Source of the DNA: Eukaryota sp. TZLM1-RC
Taxonomy: Eukaryota > Protista > Metamonada: BaSk clade
Direction of reading: 5' to 3'
Length of the DNA stretch: 64,000 bases
Assembly: GCA_040285825.1 (NCBI GenBank)
Contig: JAUPSS010000015.1
Coordinates: 31,392 to 95,391, forward strand
Position numbers and translations under genes: made by a program. Position 1 is the first letter of the stretch. Each line of letters begins with the position of its first letter. Of the stretch, positions 38,801 through 50,400 are shown one piece after another. A model generated the notes under the pieces. That model was not told the origin of the DNA. It worked only from the letters and a program-made list of their open reading frames with translations, and searched no databases.

Positions 38801-39147
38801 AATGAACCTTTGTCCAAATTGGCCAGTCTACAGCATGCAAAATACAATTTGTATCCATTTGTATTTTCCCTTTTTGGTTCACTTGCACCAACTGCTTTAC
38901 GTTTTTTGGATGATTTTGAAATGATTGTAAAGAGAAGAACTGGCAGAAATTTCAACAGATTGTTTTGGCAAAATAGAATTGTGTTTTCTATTTTTAAGGG
39001 GATGTTGAAGATGGTTTCTGATGCTTTGCTTTCTCTTGGATCTCACTATGAGAGAGTTGCATCTAGTGTTTTTGTTTTGGGAGAGATGGATTTTTTAGAT
39101 GTTGATTTATAGGTTTAGAATAAAATTAAATTTTTTTTAAAAAAAAA
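38801..39147 (+). mobile_element. Short 5'-truncated family A copy; 5' end abuts the virus-like island
   Basis: Ends MDFLDVDL* plus tail; a TTAAATAGATTA stutter precedes its 5' end. Confidence 0.85.
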
Positions 39148-39165
39148 TTGTGCCAGAAATTGAAG

Positions 39166-41894
39166 GATCCCAGTAGAAATAAGTCCCGCCAGCACAATCC
39201 CCTTCTCAATGGAAATGAGAAATTTTACTTCTGAATTGAAAAATAATAAGTGGAATATTTCATCCTTCTGGAAATATTTTGCTAGAAAAAACAAAAATTG
39301 TTTTAAGAAAAAATTTGGAAATAGAAAAATTGTAAAATCAAAAATTTGCCGTAAATTGTGCTTACGTGGTCGTTATGGTGCCGCAAAGCAGTCTTTGTTT
39401 TCCTCTTCTTTGGCTGATGCAAACTCTGATACCCTTGAAAAACTTCAAAAGTTGCATCCTCAAGAAAATTTCAAGTGCAGCAAGCCTGAAGTGTGTCCTT
39501 TTTGGATTGAAAATCCTATTACTGCAATTGAAGTTCTTACAGCTATTCAAAAATTACCTAAGGGGAAAGCAGCAGGCCCATCTGGAATTTCTTTTGATCT
39601 CTTAAAAATAGCGTGTTCCAGTGTTCCCGAAATTGCTGATGATCTAGCCCACTATTTTCAACAATTAATTGTTTTGAAAATTAATCCTCCATTTGAATTA
39701 CTCGCAGCACGTCTGATTGCTTTAGTAAAGCCTGGAAACGGAATCAAACCTGATGGAATACGCCCAATTGCTGTTGGTGAATCTCTTTCTCGTTTGCTAG
39801 CATCAATTGTCTTCGATCGTGTCAAAGACAAAGCTTCTACATTTTTGAATCCTCATCAATTTGGAATCAAAACAATTGATGGTGCTTCTGTTGCTGCTAT
39901 TGCCTCTGATACCTTTTTTAATGCAGAGGAAAATAATTTTATTTTTAATCTCGACTTTAAAAATGCTTTTAATTCTGTAAAGCGAGAAGCAATTTTTGAA
40001 GTTATTAAATCTGATTTTCCTGAGCTATCGAGTTTTTTCTACCATTTTTATGGTAGAGAATCAGATTTAATTTTTAATTCATTTGCTCTTAAATCATCTT
40101 CTGGAGTGAAGCAGGGAGATCCTTTAGGCCCATTATTGTTTTGTTTAGCTATTCACAAAACTTTAAATATCATTAAGCAAAAATACCCTTCTATAAAAAT
40201 AGTTGCTTATATGGATGATATATCCTTGATTGGTTCATTTGATTTACTAGAATTAATTGCTCAAGAAATTGCCGATTCATATGAAAATATTGGGCTTCAT
40301 CTTAATGCCAGCAAATGCCTTCTGATTGGCTCTTCTGCTCAAGACCTCGTGATAAACGATTCTATTGTCCCTTTTACTAATTATAGTAGTGATGCTTTTA
40401 AGTTCCTTGGTTGTTGGTTAGGAAATGTGCCTCAAATTCAGAATGAATTGCAAGTTATTTTGGAAAAAATGAAAATTGAACTTGATTCAATTTCTTCTTT
40501 AGATATAGAAAAGCATATTAAATTTTTCATGCTTAAAATTTGCTACACTGGGAGAATAACCCACATTTTGAGATCTTGTGCTCCTTCCATAGCATTAGAT
40601 TTTTGTCGTTCATTCAATTCATTGAGAACAGAATTTTTTGCTGATTTATTGGATGTAGAACCAGGAATGTTGAAAAGTCACTTATTTTCTTCAGCAAATT
40701 TGGGGGGTATTGGATTTACTAAATCTTCAATTTTGTGTCAATCAGCATTCTTGGGTGGTGGCAAAAATTTTATTTATGAATTTTGTCGTAGATTTCCTGA
40801 TGATTCTCATCTGTTAGTTCCCAATTGCAGTCCCTATTTGTATGAGTTATCTTGTGAACTTGAAAAATTGCCGCCACAAATTTGGACCAAATGTTTTCCT
40901 CAATCAATTCAAGAAATTCCAAACCGATCTCTTTTTTTAATTTACAGTTTTGCTGTAAAAAGCTTCAACAAAAATTGTCAAAGATTTTTGAAAGCTTGGA
41001 TTTTGATGTTAGACTTGGCTTGGCCAAGAAAAAGAATCCCGCTTTTGCAAATCTTTTACAAGATATGTGTGACAGTACTTCTTCTGCCTTAGTAACAACA
41101 ATTCCACAAGTTTATGGTACTCTCTTATCCGATTCTGCTTGGACTCTGAATATGAGATTTCGTTCCTTTATCTGGCCTGATAATTTACCTCATAATTTAA
41201 TTTGTAAATGTTCTCGAGAAATTACAACTACTCATTTGTTAAATTGTAAACATTTTATTACTTTTAGAAGCAAGGTTCATGATGCTGTAAGAGACCAGTT
41301 ATATTGTATGTGTAAATCTCATAGAATTGAATCCTTCTTGGAACCTCTGTTGTCAAATCTGTTTGATGCTGAAGATGATTTTCATAAGAATAATAGAGGT
41401 GATGTCATATTACCTGGATTAGATGGAAGCTTCATTCTATTGGATGTAATGTCTGTTGATCCTTGTAATGCCTCAAATGAAAGGCTAGTTAATTCTGAAA
41501 TTCATGATCCCCTTTCAAATGCTGAAAATTTTAAATTCAAAAAATACAATGAACCTTTGTCTAAATTGGCCAGTCTACAGCATGCAAAATACAATTTGTA
41601 TCCATTTGTATTTTCCCTTTTTGGTTCACTTGCACCAACTGCTTTACGTTTTTTGGATGATTTTGAAATGATTGTAAAGAGAAGAACTGGCAGAAATTTC
41701 AACAGATTGTTTTGGCAAAATAGAATTGTGTTTTCTATTTTTAAGGGGATGTTGAAGATGGTTTCTGATGCTTTGCTTTCTCTTGGATCTCACTATGAAA
41801 GAGTTGCATCTAGTGTTTTTGTTCTGGGAGAGATGGATTTTTTAGATGTTGATTTATAGGTTTTGAATAAAATTAAAATTTTGGTAAAAAAAAA
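39166..41894 (+). mobile_element. Family A, most intact copy, inserted into family D
   Basis: TSD AGAAATTGAAG (39155-39165 / 41895-41905); the rejoined target reads ELNFNFWH in family D. Confidence 0.92.
39209..41859 (+). CDS. RT + Zn motif + restriction-like endonuclease polyprotein (single T-run frameshift near 40935; N-terminus truncated)
   Basis: GPSG, RPIAVGE, QFG..GA, LDFKNAFNS, GVKQGDPLGP, AYMDD, KFLG, GGIG, CKC..HLLNC..HDAVRD, RGD..D..K. Confidence 0.88.
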
Positions 41895-42448
41895 AGAAAT
41901 TGAAGTTCAATTCTTTTCCTGCTCTTTCTTTTATTAAACTTCTGAAACCTTCAAGAAATTTAATGCCAGATATTCCAATGTTACCAAAAAGAGAAACAGC
42001 AAATGGAACCAACTGATACTTAACATGCTCAACACGTCCTAGCTGAGATAAGGGTTCATTGTACTTTTTGATTTTGCTCTTTTCAGCAAAGCAAAGTGGA
42101 GTTTCATCTCTTTTAGCAAAGTCAATTGCTGAGTCTTTACAAACATCAACAGTGACAACATCAACAACTTTAATAACACCATCAGACGCAGGGGTAATTA
42201 AATCAGCACGGCGTTTCCCAAAAGTATTTTCATTTTCATTTTCAGATGACAACCTTCGCACAAGTGGTTCAACAAAAGCTTCAATGTGATGGCTTTTGCA
42301 CATAGCGTATAGTTGGTCTCTAACAGCATCGTGAACAACTGAGCGATATGTAATATTAAATTTGCAATTAAATAAATGATTCAGATTAATGAGCTGACCA
42401 CAACGACAAATCAAATCATTTGGCACACTACATGGCACACTACATGGC
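41895..42448 (-). mobile_element. Family D fragment (B-like endonuclease region)
   Basis: CRCG..HLFNC..HDAVRD..KRRADLITP..DVVTVD. Confidence 0.8.
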
Positions 42449-43143
42449 CAGTTCTTCACTTTACAATCATTTCAAAATCATCCAAAAAACGTAAAGCAGT
42501 TGGTGCAAGTGAACCAAAAAGGGAAAATACAAATGGATACAAATTGTATTTTTGCATGCTGTAGACTGGCCAATTTGGACAAAGGTTCATTGTATTTTTT
42601 GAATTTAAAATTTTCAGCATTTGAAAGGGGATGATGAATTTCAGAATTAACAAGCCTTTCATTTGAGGCATTACAAGGATCAACAGACATTACATCCAAT
42701 AAAATGAAGCTTCCATCTAATCCAGGTAATATGACATCACCTCTATTATTCTTATGAAAATCATTTTCAGCATCAAACAGATTTGACAACAGAGGTTCCA
42801 AGAAGGATTCAATTCTATGAGATTTACACATACAATATAACTGGTCTCTTACAGCATCATGAACCTTGCTTCTAAAAGTAATAAAATGTTTACAATTTAA
42901 CAAATGAGTAGTTGTAATTTCTCGAGAACATTTACAAATTAAATTATGAGGTAAATTATCAGGCCAGATAAAGGAACGAAATCTCATATTCAGAGTCCAA
43001 GCAGAATCGGATAAGAGAGTACCATAAACTTGTGGAATTGTTGTTACTAAGGCAGAAGAAGTACTGTCACACATATCTTGTAAAAGATTTGCAAAAGCGG
43101 GATTCTTTTTCTTGGCCAAGCCAAGTCTAACATCAAAATCCAA
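42449..43143 (-). mobile_element. Family A fragment
   Basis: ORF 42478-43143 matches the family A C-terminus. Confidence 0.85.
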
Positions 43144-43148
43144 AGGTT

Positions 43149-46100
43149 ACTCGCAGCACGTCTGATTGCTTTAGTAAAGCCTGGAAACGGAATCAAACCT
43201 GATGGAATACGCCCAATTGCTGTTGGTGAATCTCTTTCTCGTTTGCTGGCATCAATTGTCTTCGATCGTGTCAAAGACAAAGCTTCTACATTTTTGAATC
43301 CTCATCAATTTGGAATCAAAACAATTGATGGTGCTTCTGTTGCTGCTATTGCCTCTGATACCTTTTTTAATGCAGAGGAAAATAATTTTATTTTTAATCT
43401 CGACTTTAAAAATGCTTTTAATTCTGTAAAGCGAGAAGCAATTTTTGAAGTTATTAAATCTGATTTTCCTGAGCTATCGAGTTTTTTCTACCATTTTTAT
43501 GGTAAAGAATCAGATTTAATTTTTAATTCATTTGCTCTTAAATCATCTTCTGGAGTGAAGCAGGGAGATCCTTTAGGCCCATTATTGTTTTGTTTAGCTA
43601 TTCACAAAACTTTAAGTATCATTAAGCAAAAATACCCTTCTATAAAAATAGTTGCTTATATGGATGATATATCCTTGATTGGTTCATTTGATTTACTAGA
43701 ATTGGTGGCTCAAGAAATTGCCGATTCATATGAAAATATTGGGCTTCATCTTAATGCCAGCAAATGCCTTCTGATTGGCTCTTCTGCTCAAGACCTCGTG
43801 ATAAACGATTCTATTGTCCCTTTTACTAATTATAGTAGTGATGCTTTTAAGTTCCTTGGTTGTTGGTTAGGAAATGTGCCTCAAATTCAGAATGAATTGC
43901 AAGTTATTTTGGAAAAAATGAAAATTGAACTTGATTCAATTTCTTCTTTAGATATAGAAAAGCATATTAAATTTTTTATGCTTAAAATTTGCTACACTTT
44001 TTTTTTTAAATTTAATTTTATTCTAAACCTATAAATCAACATCTAAAAAATCCATCTCTCCCAAAACAAAAACACTAGATGCAACTCTCTCATAGTGAGA
44101 TCCAAGAGAAAGCAAAGCATCAGAAACCATCTTCAACATCCCCTTAAAAATAGAAAACACAATTCTATTTTGCCAAAACAATCTGTTGAAATTTCTACCA
44201 GTTCTTCTCTTTACAATCATTTCAAAATCATCCAAAAAACGTAAAGCAGTTGGTGCAAGTGAACCAAAAAGGGAAAATACAAATGGATACAAATTGTATT
44301 TTGCATGCTGTAGACTGGCCAATTTGGACAAAGGTTCATTGTATTTTTTGAATTTAAAATTTTCAGCATTTGAAAGGGGATTATGAATTTCAGAATTAAC
44401 AAGCCTTTCATTTGAGGCATTACAAGGATCAACAGACATTACATCCAATAAAATGAAGCTTCCATCTAATCCAGGTAATATGACATCACCTCTATTATTC
44501 TTATGAAAATCATTTTCAGCATCAAACAAATTTGACAACAGAGGTTCCAAGAAGGATTCAATTCTATGAGATTTACGCATACAATATAACTGGTCTCTTA
44601 CAGCATCATGAACCTTGCTTCTAAAAAGTAATAAAATGTTTACAATTTAACAAATGAGTAGTTGTAATTTCTCGAGAACATTTACAAATTAAATTATGAG
44701 GTAAATTATCAGGCCAGATAAAGGAACGAAATCTCATATTCAGAGTCCAAGCAGAATCGGATAAGAGAGTACCATAAACTTGTGGAATTGTTGTTACTAA
44801 GGCAGAAGAAGTACTGTCACACATATCTTGTAAAAAGATTTGCAAAAGCGGGATTCTTTTTTTCTTGGCCAAGCCAAGTCTAACAAATTTGCTACACTGG
44901 GAGAATAACCCACATTTTGAGATCTTGTGCTCCTTCCATAGCATTAGATTTTTGTCGTTCTTTTAATTCATTGAGAACAGAATTTTTTGCTGATTTATTG
45001 GATGTAGAACCAGGAATGTTGAAAAGCCATTTATTTTCTTCAGCAAATTTGGGTGGTATTGGATTTACTAAATCTTCAATTTTGTGTCAATCAGCATTCT
45101 TGGGTGGAGGCAAAAATTTTTATTTATGAATTTTTCTCGTAGATTTCCTGATGATTCTCATCTGTTAGTTCCCAATTGCAGTCCTTATTTGTATGAGTTA
45201 TCTTGTGAACTTGAAAAAAATTGCCGCCACAAATTTGGACCAAATGTTTTTCCTCAATCAATTCAAGAAATTCCAAACCGATCTCTTTATAATTTGCAGT
45301 TTTGCTGTAAAAAGCTTCAACAAAAATTGTCAAAGATTTTTGAAAGCTTGGATTTTGATGTTAGACTTGGCTTGGCCAAGAAAAAGAATCCCGCTTTTGC
45401 AAATCTTTTACAAGATATGTGTGACAGTACTTCTTCTGCCTTAGTAACAACAATTCCACAAGTTTATGGTACTCTCTTATCCGATTCTGCTTGGACTCTG
45501 AATATGAGATTTCGTTCCTTTATCTGGCCTGATAATTTACCTCATAATTTAATTTGTAAATGTTCTCGAGAAATTACAACTACTCATTTGTTAAATTGTA
45601 AACATTTTATTACTTTTTAGAAGCAAGGTTCATGATGCTGTAAGAGACCAGTTATATTGTATGTGTAAATCTCATAGAATTGAATCCTTCTTGGAACCTC
45701 TGTTGTCAAATCTGTTTGATGCTGAAAAATGATTTTCATAAGAATAATAGAGGTGATGTCATATTACCTGGATTAGATGGAAGCTTCATTTTATTGGATG
45801 TAATGTCTGTTGATCCTTGTAATGCCTCAAATGAAAGGCTTGTTAATTCTGAAATTCATAATCCCCTTTCAAATGCTGAAAATTTTAAATTCAAAAATAC
45901 AATGAACCTTTGTCCAAATTGGCCAGTCTACAGCATGCAAAATACAATTTGTATCCATTTGTATTTTCCCTTTTTGGTTCACTTGCACCAACTGCTTTAC
46001 GTTTTTTGGATGATTTTGAAATGATTGTAAAGAGAAGAACTGGCAGAAATTTCCACAGATTGTTTTGGCAAAATAGAATTGTGTTTTCTATTTTTAAGGG

Positions 46101-46243
46101 GATGTTGAAGATGGTTTCTGATGCTTTGCTTTCTCTTGGATCTCACTATGAGAGAGTTGCATCTAGTGTTTTTGTTCTGGGAGAGATGGATTTTTTAGAT
46201 GTTGATTTATAGGTTTTGAATAAAATTAAAATTAAAATTAAAA
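43149..46243 (+). mobile_element. Family A copy with a nested antisense A copy (43999-44884)
   Basis: Outer TSD AAAATCCAAAGGTT (43135-43148 / 46244-46257); inner TSD AAATTTGCTACACT (43985-43998 / 44885-44898). Confidence 0.88.
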
Positions 46244-47411
46244 AAAATCCAAAGGTTCATTGTATTTTTTTAATGAAAAATTTTAATTTATTGTTAAACT
46301 ACAGTCTAAAAGTCAATATCTTCAAAACAAGCTTCCACACCATCAAACCACACAACAGCAATTTCTTCGTAATGTGCACTGACAGACATCAAAGCTTTCG
46401 AAATCATTTTAGGAATTGATTTGAAAATAGTAAAAACAATACGATTTAGCCACAAGCGACGATCAAAACGCTTATTCATTCTTCTTTTCACAAGATTTTC
46501 AAAATCATCAATAAAATTCATAGCAGTTTTTCCAAGACGACCATACAACGATATAGCAAATGGGCAAATTTGGTAATCTACATGGCGAACATGTTTCAAT
46601 TCTTTTTAAAGGATTTGCATATTTTTTTCCGTTTGTACAATTCGGAGTCATCAAGGGGGGATACTTCAGATTGAGCATTTTTCAAGGCATTTTTTTCTTG
46701 CAAACATCCACTGTTACGACATCAACAACATTCATGACATCATCAAACGAGGGCACAACAACATCAGCACGTCGTTTTTCCATATTCTGAATCTCTTACG
46801 CTTTCATTTTATATCAAGAGACCTCAACAAAGGTTCTACAAAAGATTCAATATGATAGGAATTACACATTGCATGGATTTGATCTCTGACTGCATCATGC
46901 AACGTAGAACGATAGGAAATAAATCTATTACAATTAAATAAATGTGATAATGTTAAACCAGCTCCACAATTTGCAAAAACAAATCATTGGGCAAATTACA
47001 AGGCCATAAATAACAACGCATTCTCATAGCAGTGGTCCATTGGCCGTCATTCAAAAAAATAGGCCAAAAAAATCTGGGGAATTTGATTTATCAAAACTGC
47101 AGATGAATTGTCCTTCAAATCAATCAAAAAAATTTGCAAAAAGCAGGATTTTTCTTTTCTTAGCCGTGCTAAGTCGAACAATAAAATCCTTGCTTTCAAA
47201 TTTTTCTCAAAAAGATGTCGTTGGAGCTTTTTCAACGCAAATTTTTAATGAATACAAACTTCTGTCTGGAATTTCTTGAATGGATATGGGGAAACATGAT
47301 TGCCATAAGTCGGGAGATAAACTGGATATTTCTTCTCTTAAGTTATCGAGGAATAAGCTATTTGCAGTTTCAAGAAGATTTTTCGGCAAAAGGATATCTT
47401 CTAGAGAATTC

Positions 47412-50400
47412 TTGTATTTATTGAATTTGCACACTTGATTAAATTAAATCATAACTTATGGGACGACCTTCTGATACCTTTTTTTAATGCAGAGGAAAAT
47501 AATTTTATTTTTAATCTCGACTTTAAAAATGCTTTTTAATTCTGTAAAGCGAGAAGCAATTTTTTTGAAGTTATTAAATCTGATTTTCCTGAGCTATCGA
47601 GTTTTTTTCTACCATTTTTTTATGGTAAAGAATCAGATTTAATTTTTTTAATTCATTTGCTCTTAAATCATCTTCTGGTGTGAAGTAAGGTGACCCTTTA
47701 GGCCCATTATTGTATTGTTTAGCTATTCACAAAACTTTAAATATCATTAAGCAAAAATACCCTTCTATAAAAAAATAGTTGCTTATATGGATGATATATC
47801 CTTGATTGGTTCATTTGATTTACTAGAATTGGTTGCTCAAGAAATTGCCGATTCATATGAAAATATTGGGCTTCATCTTAATGCCAGCAAATGCCTTCTG
47901 ATTGGCTCTTCTGCTCAAGACCTCGTGATAAACGATTCTATTGTCCCTTTTACTAATTATAGTAGTGATGCTTTTTAAGTTCCTTGGTTGTTGGTTAGGA
48001 AATGTGCCTCAAATTCAGAATGAATTGCAAGTTATTTTGGAAAAAAATGAAAAATTGAACTTGATTCAATTTCTTCTTTAGATATAGAAAAGCATATTAA
48101 ATTTTTTTATGCTTAAAATTTGCTACACTGGGAGAATAACCCACATTTTGAGATCTTGTGCTCCTTCCATAGCATTAGATTTTTTTGTCGTTCTTTTTAA
48201 TTCATTGAGAACAGAATTTTTTTGCTGATTTATTGGATGTAGAACCAGGAATGTTGAAAAAGCCATTTATTTTTCTTCAGCAAATTTGGGGGGTATTGGA
48301 TTTACTAAATCTTCAATTTTGTGTCAATCAGCATTCTTGGGTGGTGGCAAAAATTTTTATTTATGAATTTTCTCGTAGATTTCCTGATGATTCCCATCTG
48401 TTAGTCCCCAATTGTAGTCCCTATTTGTATAAGTTATCTTGTGAACTTGAAAAAAATTACCGCCACAAATTTGGACCAAATGCTTTCCTCAATCAATTCA
48501 AGAAATTCCAAACCGATCTCTATTTAATTTACAGTTTTTGCTGTAAAAAGCTTCAACAAAAATTGTCAAAGATTTTTTTGAAAGCTTGGATTTTGATGTT
48601 AGACTTGGCTTGGCCAAGAAAAAAAGAATCCCGCTTTTTGCAAATCTTTTTACAAGATATGTGTGACAGTACTTCTTCTGCCTTAGTAACAACAATTCCG
48701 CAAGTATATGGTACTCTCTTATCCGATTCTGCTTGGACTCTGAATATGAGATTTCGTTCCTTTATCTGGCCTGATAATTTACCTCATAATTTAATTTGTA
48801 AAATGTTCTCGAGAAATTACAACTACTCATTTGTTAAATTGTAAACATTTTATTACTTTTTAGAAGCAAGGTTCATGATGCTGTAAGAGACCAGTTATAT
48901 TGTATGTGTAAATCTCATAGAATTGAATCCTTCTTGGAACCTCTGTTGTCAAATCTGTTTGATGCTGAAAATGATTTTCATAAGAATAATAGAGGTGATG
49001 TCATATTACCTGGATTAGATGGAAGCTTTATTTTATTGGATGTAATGTCTGTTGATCCTTGTAATGCCTCAAATGAAAGGCTTGTTAATTCTGAAATTCA
49101 TAATCCCCTTTCAAATGCTGAAAATTTTTAAATTCAAAAAAATACAATGAACCTTTGTCCAAATTGGCCAGTCTACAGCATGCAAAATACAATTTGTATC
49201 CATTTGTATTTTTCCCTTTTTGGTTCACTTGCACCAACTGCTTTACGTTTTTTTGGATGATTTTGAAATGATTGTAAAGAGAAGAACTGGCAGAAATTTC
49301 AACAGATTGTTTTTGGCAAAAATAGAATTGTGTTTTTCTATTTTTTTAAGGGGATGTTGATGATGGTTTCTGATGCTTTGCTTTCTCTTGGATCTCACTA
49401 TGAGAGAGTTGCATCTAGTGTTTTTTTGTTTTTGGGAGAGATGGATTTTTTTAGATGTTGATTTATAGGTTTAGAATAAAATTAATTTTTTTAAAAATAT
49501 GGGACGACTATCATTAAACCAAGATTTCCTCTACAAAATCTTGATTTGCTTGCTGTCTAGCTAAAAGCTTCCCTAATTCGATTGAAAAAAACCGCGGTAA
49601 TCTATTAATAATGGCAAATTGAATCCGTGAACGCCATAAAAAAATATCAAATCTTTTTCATTGTTTTTTTCTTTCACCATTTTTTTGGAAGTCATCCAAA
49701 AAAAGTTTCTGCTTCAACTGATAATCTTCCATTTATCGAAAATGGGAAAGCAATAAAAAAACCAGCTGTGTATTTCTATCGACATTTGCATCTTCAATTT
49801 CTTTATCATATTTTCTATGTTTTCTTTTGCTTTAAAATCCAGAGCAGCCACAGGATTAAGTTTTCTTCTGTGAACCAAAGTATCGTTTGCAACATTACAT
49901 GAGACAAAGTCAACAATAGCTTCAGAATTATCAATCCAATCACAGTATACATCACCTCTATCATCAGAACCAAAATTATTCAGAGAAAGTGTTTCCTTCA
50001 GCAGGGGCTCTTTGATACACGATATCCTAGCAGTTTGTGCCATATTGAAAACAGTGTCTCTAACAGCATCATGTAATGAAGAACGATAAGTTATCAATTT
50101 AGAGCAATTTAGAGCATGGCGCAAAGTGAGTTGAGGTGAATTCGAACAAATACATTTTTTTCTTTTTGATAATAATTGGTTAATGGGGATGTTCAAATAT
50201 AATCTCATTTTTTTGTTACAAATGCTTCATTAGTGGCACACAATCCAAATCTTCGTGGTACAATGGTTGCAAAAAAAGTGAAGAATCTGACGCCTTGTTT
50301 TTCACAAACACCCTTTTTCCAATAACAATGAGTGAAGATCTTGATTTAAAACAGCCGAGCTGCAAATATTATTATAAAGATCTTTTTCATACATTCCAGT

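Noticed and set aside
40925-40945. Programmed frameshift between RT and endonuclease
   Set aside because: Other A copies read CTCTATTTAAT in frame here. Frameshifts across the window sit in homopolymers and differ between copies, as expected for sequencing error or decay.
39209-41859. Bacterial RT system (group II intron, retron, DGR)
   Set aside because: A-rich tails, 5' truncations, TSDs and a C-terminal Zn motif plus restriction-like nuclease indicate eukaryotic non-LTR elements. No intron RNA domains or TR/VR pair were seen.
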